Program-made: the position numbers and the translations under genes
DNA from: Eledone cirrhosa
Lineage: Eukaryota
Direction: 5' to 3'
Assembly: GCA_964016885.1 (NCBI GenBank)
Contig: OZ024743.1
Span: 359,910,001 to 359,974,000, forward strand
DNA length: 64,000 bases
In this document: positions 56,601-64,000 of the stretch, piece by piece
Layout of the letters: the number at the start of each line of letters is the position of its first letter
How positions within the stretch are numbered: position 1 is the first letter of the stretch
The notes under the pieces: model-generated
Database searches by the model: none
Told to the model about the DNA's origin: nothing
What the model saw: the letters and a program-made list of their open reading frames with translations, nothing else

Positions 56601-57600
56601 ATGAGTTAAATCAGTAATGTTTAGTTTGTTTGTGATGATAATGTTTTTGAGAATTATGTTAGTCTTGTGTATTATCTTTTGGTTCTGTTTGGAATTCTGG
56701 ATCTTAGGGAGGGTGTCTCGTTTCCCCATGTCAGATTCTTTCATTTTCATCCATTCGATCATAATTTCATTCTTCAAGTTGGCAGTTCATTCTCATTCAT
56801 TTCTTTATCATTTACGATCTCATTATTTTCATTTGGAGTTTCATCCTGAGCATGCACTCCCTCCACTTTTTCGATCCTTTCTTTAATTTGTTCTGTTGCC
56901 AGTGATTCCGCCCCAACCCTGGGATTCGAAGTGTTACAGTTTACCTCGTTTTCACTGACACATGTTTCATTTTCCCTTCGCTGACTTTGTGCTAATAGCT
57001 TGATCTGATCAATTTCTGTATCAGTTAGTAACTTTTTTCTTACAATATTTCTTCGTATATTGGCTAGTTTGTTACTGTCAATATAGCCTCTGTTTTCGGG
57101 ATGTTTCTTTTTCCAGTTGATATATGTCTGTTCTGTATTCGATGTATTTGATGGGTAGTACATGGCAGTGTAGAAAGCCTCAAGGACTTCTTTATTATCT
57201 TCCCTTGACCATTTTTCTCTCTTTTTCTTTGGATTTCTTGGTGGTGAGCATGGAGAGCCAACAGTAGGAGTATTCCGGTTATGGGAGGTCTCCAGCTCCG
57301 AAGTGATGGGAAGGTTTGAACCATTAGCTGATTTTTCGACCCCAGTCTGGTTCCTCTCTGAGGGACGCGGCCCTTTTTTACCCGGGTGACGGCCGATCCG
57401 GTATGAGGTTTTATCATTAGACATTTACTTTATTTTGTCGCGTTTTATCCTTATCCGCCAAGGGGTAATCATTTCGTGTTACCACTTCTAGAACGAGTGT
57501 CAACCAAGACTAGAGGGGTCGTTCTCCCCTAGAGACACGGCTATTCCCCGCCGGCCGCCATCCAGGTATTTCTTGGTCACGGGCTTTTCTTTTTGTTGTT
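53597..57600 (-). mobile_element. Near-intact R4/Dong-like element with an (AAT)n 3' flank
   Basis: Single long ORF broken into three pieces (RT, CCHC knuckle, RLE). (TAA)n at 53597-53628 fits Dong target preference. Confidence 0.93.
53774..57424 (-). pseudogene. RT / restriction-like endonuclease polyprotein with two frameshifts (~56775, ~55120)
   Basis: QGDSLSPL, YMDDLKLF, CRVCKKQPGTIDHIISMC, RHD, RPDI..LIDMSVP..KLSKYKDL. Confidence 0.92.
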
Positions 57601-57975
57601 TATTTAAATTGTTATTATCATGAGTGGTTCCTTAATGGGAGCATTGCGTGGCTTAAGAATGAAATTATTAATAATTGTCTCCACTCCAGGCACAAGGCCA
57701 GCAATCACCCAGTGCATTACAATAATATAATATACTTTTTGTTGTAGTTGGCTGTTATTGTTGTTGGCTATGTCGGTGGTGGTGCCGGGGCTTTTTATAT
57801 TGTTGGTGAGGAAGGGGTGAGCCAGCAGTCCCATAGTGGTTGATGTTGACGTTCGGCCGGCGGCCAGGTCACTAAGTCAATCTATTTATATCTTTTGCTA
57901 GCCTCTCCCTTGTCTAGTGATACCGCCACCTTCCCCTTTCTCTCTCAAGTTAACAGGGGAATAGTGGTGGTAGCA

Positions 57976-57977
<2 letters not shown>

Positions 57978-58058
<81 letters not shown>
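57978..58058. repeat. (TTA)n microsatellite
   Basis: Visible directly. Confidence 0.95.
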
Positions 58059-58059
<1 letters not shown>

Positions 58060-58119
58060 ATGTGTGAAGAACAAACAGTCAAACTTTACCTAACTTTCCC
58101 TCGTAGCTTAGTGGTATTA

Positions 58120-59084
58120 ATTAAATAAATATTCAATTATTCCGAGCTAAATACAATTATAATTGTGACGAAGAAATAGTCAAATATTAACCCAATTATT
58201 CCCCGTAGTCCTGACTGCTGCAGTTCCGCTCGTGCTTTGTGGCATATGTAATTCCATAGCAATTGAACTTTAGTTATCAAGTTAGAAGCTTTTCAAGAGA
58301 CTCTCATTAGGACTATATTTGTTTTTAGGTGATCCCCACTGTTTACTTTTAAACGGGGTAATCATCACGTGGCTTACAGTCAAGACCGAAAAGTACTGAA
58401 GGGGAGACTGATGATGAGTAATAGCATTGATAGAAGAAGCAGTCAATTAAAACTAATTGTTACTCAACCTTACGAGAGTTAGAACAAAATTATAGAGGAT
58501 ACACATACATATTTATATATATGAGTTGTGACCACCTTCAACTTGTTTTTCCTTGATGAATGAATTAAATAAATAATCAAATGACCAGAGCTATATAAAA
58601 TTATAGGTGTGATGAACAAATAGACACATTTTACCTTTTTTTTTCATAGCACAGAGGAATTAATTAAATAAATAATCAATTAATCCGCGCTAAACATAAT
58701 TGTGAAGAAAAAATAGACAAATATTTACCCAATTATTCCTCGTTGTCCCGACTGCAGTTTCGTTTGTGATTTGTAGTATGTGCAATTTCATTGCAATTAC
58801 ACTTTGGCTATGAGATTACAAGCTTTTCAAGAGACTCCCTCATTACGAATAGTTTTCTTTTGAAGTGACTGCCACCAGTAATGATTTTAAATGTTATTAC
58901 TCACCACCAGTCTAACATTCACTACATTTCTGTCTTGACTGTAAGCCACGTAATTATTTCGCATTTTAAAATTATTACTGGTGGCGGCCACTTCAGAAAA
59001 ATGATAGTACTAATGAGGGAGTTTCTTGAAAAGCGTAACCTCAAAGCTAAAGTGCAATTGCATTGAAATTTCACATGCTACAAA
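58120..59084. mobile_element. MITE/fold-back-like repeat: two direct copies plus an inverted arm that ends at a LINE junction
   Basis: 58190-58320 resembles 58728-58855, and 58770-58893 is inverted at 58962-59084. Confidence 0.6.
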
Positions 59085-61150
59085 TTCCCTTCGCGGCCCA
59101 AAGAAGACAGCGCAGCGAACTTCACTCTGAATTCGGGCGATAGATGGATCCATCCCACACACGATAACAGTTGTTCGACATAACTCGACAAGTCAGTAAT
59201 GCAGGAACCCTGGAGGAGCGCCTGCAGAACGGTTTCGTCTTTCCGTACGCGTCTAGGACAGTTCCGTCTGACCACAATTCCATGCCTGTAGAATTTATTT
59301 AGGAAATGGCAGTGCTCTCCCATAGCACTGCCAAACGAGAGTTTTCTGGAAGTTATTCATAGGCCCCAGCTCGAAAGTTCTACGGAATAAACGGGTCACT
59401 TTGATTTCGTCGACGCCAAGAGCCTCGTCGAGAGCGTCGTTGCACTTGCCAAACACTAAACATCTACAGAACACTAGAGTGGAATTTCTACTGACCCTAT
59501 TGCCCATCTGGCAGAAGGCAGTGATCGCCTGGAAATATTCGAGATTCCTGGCGCAAAGTCTCAGTCTATTCTTGACTAAGGAGTGAAACTCCGTCAAAGA
59601 GACGGGCTTCAGAAAGCCCTGTCTCACAAACAGTGACCACACCAGTTCATTGTTTAAGAATATTTGAAGATGCCGTAAGCTCATCGCAAGTTTGTGCATC
59701 ATCTGTCACGTCATGTCCAACCATCTGCGTAGAATGTGGTAGCAGCAGATGGACCGCTTACCAGTGACACATGTCCCTTAAACAAAAGGTTGAAGGGCAG
59801 GCTTTCCAATTTGGTGGGGTGCGGACGGGGGAAGGGAGCGACAGTCAGGCGGTAATAGATGACGGACGTGATGTACGCATTCGCCACCTTAGACCGACCT
59901 TTCAGGGATAGCTTCCCTTCGGCATATTTCTAGATGAGAGTGGCCACCTTGCTCATTATTCCGTCCATGTTCTTAACCACCAGATTCCGAGTAACTTCAC
60001 CAAGCTGCAAACCCATCGACTTTTCCGGGTTCAGTAATGCTCGCTTCAGCTTCTCCTATTCGTCTCAGAAGGTGCTGACCACCTCGATTTCCCAGGTGTT
60101 TAACATCACCACGTTGATGTCGTCCGCATATACCAACACAGCGCCTGCTCAACCCGGTTCGTGCAGAATGCCCTTCAACAGCCTCAGCTTTCGCAATAAA
60201 GACTCGAAATTCAATACATACCGAAGGGAGGAGAGACGGCATCTTTGACAGACCAAGCGCGTGATCTGAAACGGCTCCGATCAGATGCTGCTGTGCATTG
60301 CAGCAAGCCAGACGCTAAAGACGGGACTGAAACCAGTTGCCTCCACTAACAAAACATCGACGACAACTGCGAACCGCTTCGTTAACACTTTCGCCAAAAT
60401 CTCAAACTGAATTTTAAAGAGTTATGGGCCTGCAATTGTCTAAAGTATCCCTTATGTTCTCGTCTTTTCTGATCACCATTATTACGCCCGGCTCCGGCTC
60501 ACAGAACCGGGAATACTCCCGTTCCGTTGACAGTTGCAGTAGACCGCTTCGAGGAGATCTGACAACACGTATAGCATATTTAATTACAATTCGTAGAGCA
60601 GACCACCACTGTCTTCGAACGAAGACCAGCAAAGTGCTACCGAAAGGCTGCACATATCTGCCTGGAATCGTTCAAAAAGACCGATTCGGGATTGTGTTAC
60701 TACGCTGTGCCTCCGTCCCACGGGTCCACCGAACAGATTTTGTTCCCTCATTTCATAGAACACTCACTGTAACACTGACAATGCAACCTTCGTGTTTCGC
60801 ATTGAAGAAATGGTTTAGTGCCATTCTTGCAGCTAGCACGTCAGTTTCGATGCCACTTCTAATCGCCTTGTCTAATTTATCTACCAGTTCCCCATCCTTT
60901 CTATTTTTTCTAATGCTATATCTTTACTTAACACTATTGAAATAACTCTAATCTCGTTCTTGAGAGCGCCCATGCTCAATTTACACTTTACCAAAATGGT
61001 GACCCGGTCCTTGCAGGCTTTAAGCGTCAGGAATGCCACCTTAAACTTCCAGTAACCAGGTCCTAGACTTCATGCTCTATCAAATTTGTGATCTGAATAG
61101 GTGACCGTTCGGAAAGGTGGACAACGTATACTAACCTTATCTCAGACCTA
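59085..61150 (-). mobile_element. L1/Tx1-like LINE ORF2 remnant
   Basis: Minus strand: SDH, GPGYWK (end of APE endonuclease), NCRPITL, VYADDINV. Confidence 0.75.
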
Positions 61151-61898
61151 ACAACATACACACACGCACACGCATCAGATGTTAAAAAATATCCAACTCG
61201 CTTCATCTTTCTCTTTCACTCTCTCTCTCTCTATATATATAGTATAGATATACCGGAAGTACTGAAATTTGAATTTTTTAAAAGAAGTAAGTCTTGAATA
61301 TGCAATAATATTTTAAATATATGTTTAATAATTTATTATGAAATTTAGTAGATAAATTATGTAATATTCATTCATTTATTCAAAGTAATCCAACTTAATT
61401 TACAAATTGGTTAAAAGATTATATTCTGGATGCAGTCCCGCACTTCTTTTTTTATTATAGTTAAGATTGACCAACAGTTAAAAATATAGATATAAATATA
61501 GTTTTTCAGAGTTCTTTCCTCACACACCCGTGACATCATCAGGGATGTTATTATGTTTTCTCTCGCTGTATTGCTGTAACGTTTTCTTATTGAGAAATTT
61601 TGTCCCTTTAACATGGGGGATAGATTTGTCTAATACACGTCATTTGATGGAAAAAGTTATGCTGTTCTTTTTAAGATGTGCTCAGGCAATTGAGATGGAG
61701 GGCACTGGCCTTTGATAGAATGCTATCAAGTTCAGCCAATATTCTCAACCTTAAGTCTAGAAAGTACCCACCTAATGTAAATGAACTCGCTAGCTTTAAA
61801 GCTCAGAAATCGTGAAACGTATTATATTACTATATATTACTATATATTTATGGCAATATAATAACTATTTCAATCTTACACCCTAACAATCAGCTCAA

Positions 61899-61965
61899 AT
61901 ATGCGTTATGCAGGCTAAAGTCTGTGATATATATATATATATATCACAGACTTTAGCCTGCATAA

Positions 61966-61972
<7 letters not shown>
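61899..61972. repeat. Perfect palindrome centred on (TA)n
   Basis: ATATGCGTTATGCAGGCTAAAGTCTGTGA-(TA)n-TCACAGACTTTAGCCTGCATAACGCATAT. Confidence 0.92.
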
Positions 61973-62010
<38 letters not shown>

Positions 62011-62971
62011 CTGTATGTGTGTGTGTGTGTGTATATAAATATATATGTATATGCAGCGTTTATGTATTTGAAGCAGCATGTTTTTTTATTCAATAAGGTA
62101 AGGACAGAGCTGTTGACAGGGGTGTGTTTGAGAGTTAAGGTTAAGGAACTACACACAATTTCAGCAACTACACAACCCATTACAAAGTAGCAACCTAAGG
62201 TAAATGAATTCGCTAACTTTGAAGCTAAGAAATCGTGAAACGTATATACAATTCTGTATATGCAGACGCTGAAATAGTTCTGATATGACGACAATTTAAA
62301 ATACTCACAGCAAGACTATTATGTATATTTATTGTACATAAATATATTGTATAGGGGTCCACATACGCCTTTACTCATATAGTATTTGATATTTGTTAGT
62401 CGAATAGATAGAACATTATAGAAACTTTGAATTTATATGCTTGTGAGAGAAAAAGTACAAGATCCAGGCATCATTTATTATAAAAAGAATGCCTGAACGT
62501 ATATATGCGCAGCGAATTTAATCATTACTGTTATGCCACCAGTAATGACTCTGAATTTTAAATAGACATGCTGGAAAGTGTTTTCAATGAATGCAAATGG
62601 TGGGTTATAGCATTGGTGAACTTTAGCTAACCTAATTAGTTCCTTTAGCATACAGAAATATATGCATATTAATTGTACTATCCTACAAAGAAAGCAAATC
62701 ACAATAAGCTGCCTTCTCCCTTGAAGCTACGAGAGCTGATCGATGTATTGTCAGCAATCCAGCGTGTTCTGATATATTCACCAAAGTTTATAATCACGAG
62801 TGTATAGATATTGGTAGATAGATGAGATTATTTTGATTCATAGTTTTAATCTTATATGCATAAAGATATCTTACAAAAACGTAATAACACTTCATAAACA
62901 CATACAGAAATAGCGCACAGACAGTCAGTTACAATAGTATGAACCGACACAAGTATTGAGAATTCCAGCTT

Positions 62972-63040
<69 letters not shown>

Positions 63041-63139
63041 ATAATAATAAATTTGAAGACTAAAATCCAAAGAGGGCTCGATAAGGATTCTTTGCTTAAA
63101 CTTTAATCTGTTATTTTAATATATATATATATCTATATA

Positions 63140-64000
63140 TATAAGGATAGGGCCAGCTTAAAATTAGTTAGACCATTACTCAAATAGAGTACTCGATACT
63201 TGGGTTGGCAGAGTATGGCTATATTATAAAGAGTCGGGACACGTCGGCTGAGCTCTTGTCGTTTCAACAGCTAGTTCGAGACTGTTCGCCAAAAGTGCTC
63301 ACGGTTAACTGGCCATATTGGAGTACTTTGTCCAAGGCCAAACCTTGTATAGAATGACGCCACCCGTGATGTTCATGGTCCAAGGATATTATCCACATTT
63401 GATCGCCAAGGAACAATTATTAACTGAAAAGGATGAATTTGTGACTTCGTGTATTTACAAAACATACCTCAAAATTAAGAATTTCTTACGATCCAGCAAT
63501 TTAAAACTATTTTCCTAACATCCATTTTGCACATCCACACCGGCACATACAGCATTAGGTAAACACTGAACAGTTGCACATCGACAGATACACATCTGGA
63601 TCCACACAGTACACACGCATTGACGAGCACGTCTCAACAAAATCATAACACAACTTAAAATTCACCAAAGACCCCATAAAACTACAACCCAGAAAAGCAA
63701 CATATCTAGCTCTTACATAAGAACCTGCTCTGACGTTGCCATGTTTACATACACATAGCATTACTCGACACCACAGGAATAACTGTATATGTCGTCGGTG
63801 CATAAGCAGCTCAATGTACACCAACGCAGGCTGGACATCCAACTCTTAAGCCATACATGATTATTATTAAATAGGTTCGCACCACAACACCTTTCCTATA
63901 GCGGCTTTACAATGACAATACTCCTCTAGGCACTTTATTATAGAACTATTAATATCTAATTGAACTCAAGCAGCCCCCGCACCACCCCCGAACACACACA
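63140..64000 (+). mobile_element. Decayed PLE 3' end with inverted half-HHR segment, running off the window
   Basis: 63140-63275 resembles the 2282 family. WSTLSKAKP...LLTEKDEFVTSC resembles the endonuclease tails at 1605 and 23743. Confidence 0.5.

Noticed and set aside
61768-62245. ~55-bp direct repeat 420 bp apart as LTRs
   Set aside because: No TG..CA ends, PBS, TSD or ribozyme core.

Overview
AT-rich eukaryotic DNA made almost entirely of repeats. The recurrent tRNA-derived SINE and dense (TA)n tracts suggest an octopus or other cephalopod genome (inference). No host gene is supported with confidence. Most listed ORFs are microsatellite artefacts or decayed transposon ORFs. Mobile elements include a complete decayed CsRn1-type Gypsy LTR element, two R4/Dong-like LINEs (one nearly intact), CRE-, HERO-, RTE- and L1/Tx1-like remnants, two mariner relics, SINEs and many Penelope-like element (PLE) fragments, most of them abutting (TA)n. 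The main hidden signal is RNA structure: about 20 type-I hammerhead ribozyme (HHR) motifs, intact or decayed. Eight of them lie in a ~500-bp head-to-head tandem array (6541-10350) that looks like a non-autonomous retrozyme. This family and a second, largely dissimilar ~400-bp HHR family both carry an octamer (ATGCAAAT) plus a PSE-like element 80-85 nt upstream of the catalytic core. That layout resembles the snRNA-type promoter of newt satellite 2. All folds and alignments were done by eye, and boundaries are approximate.
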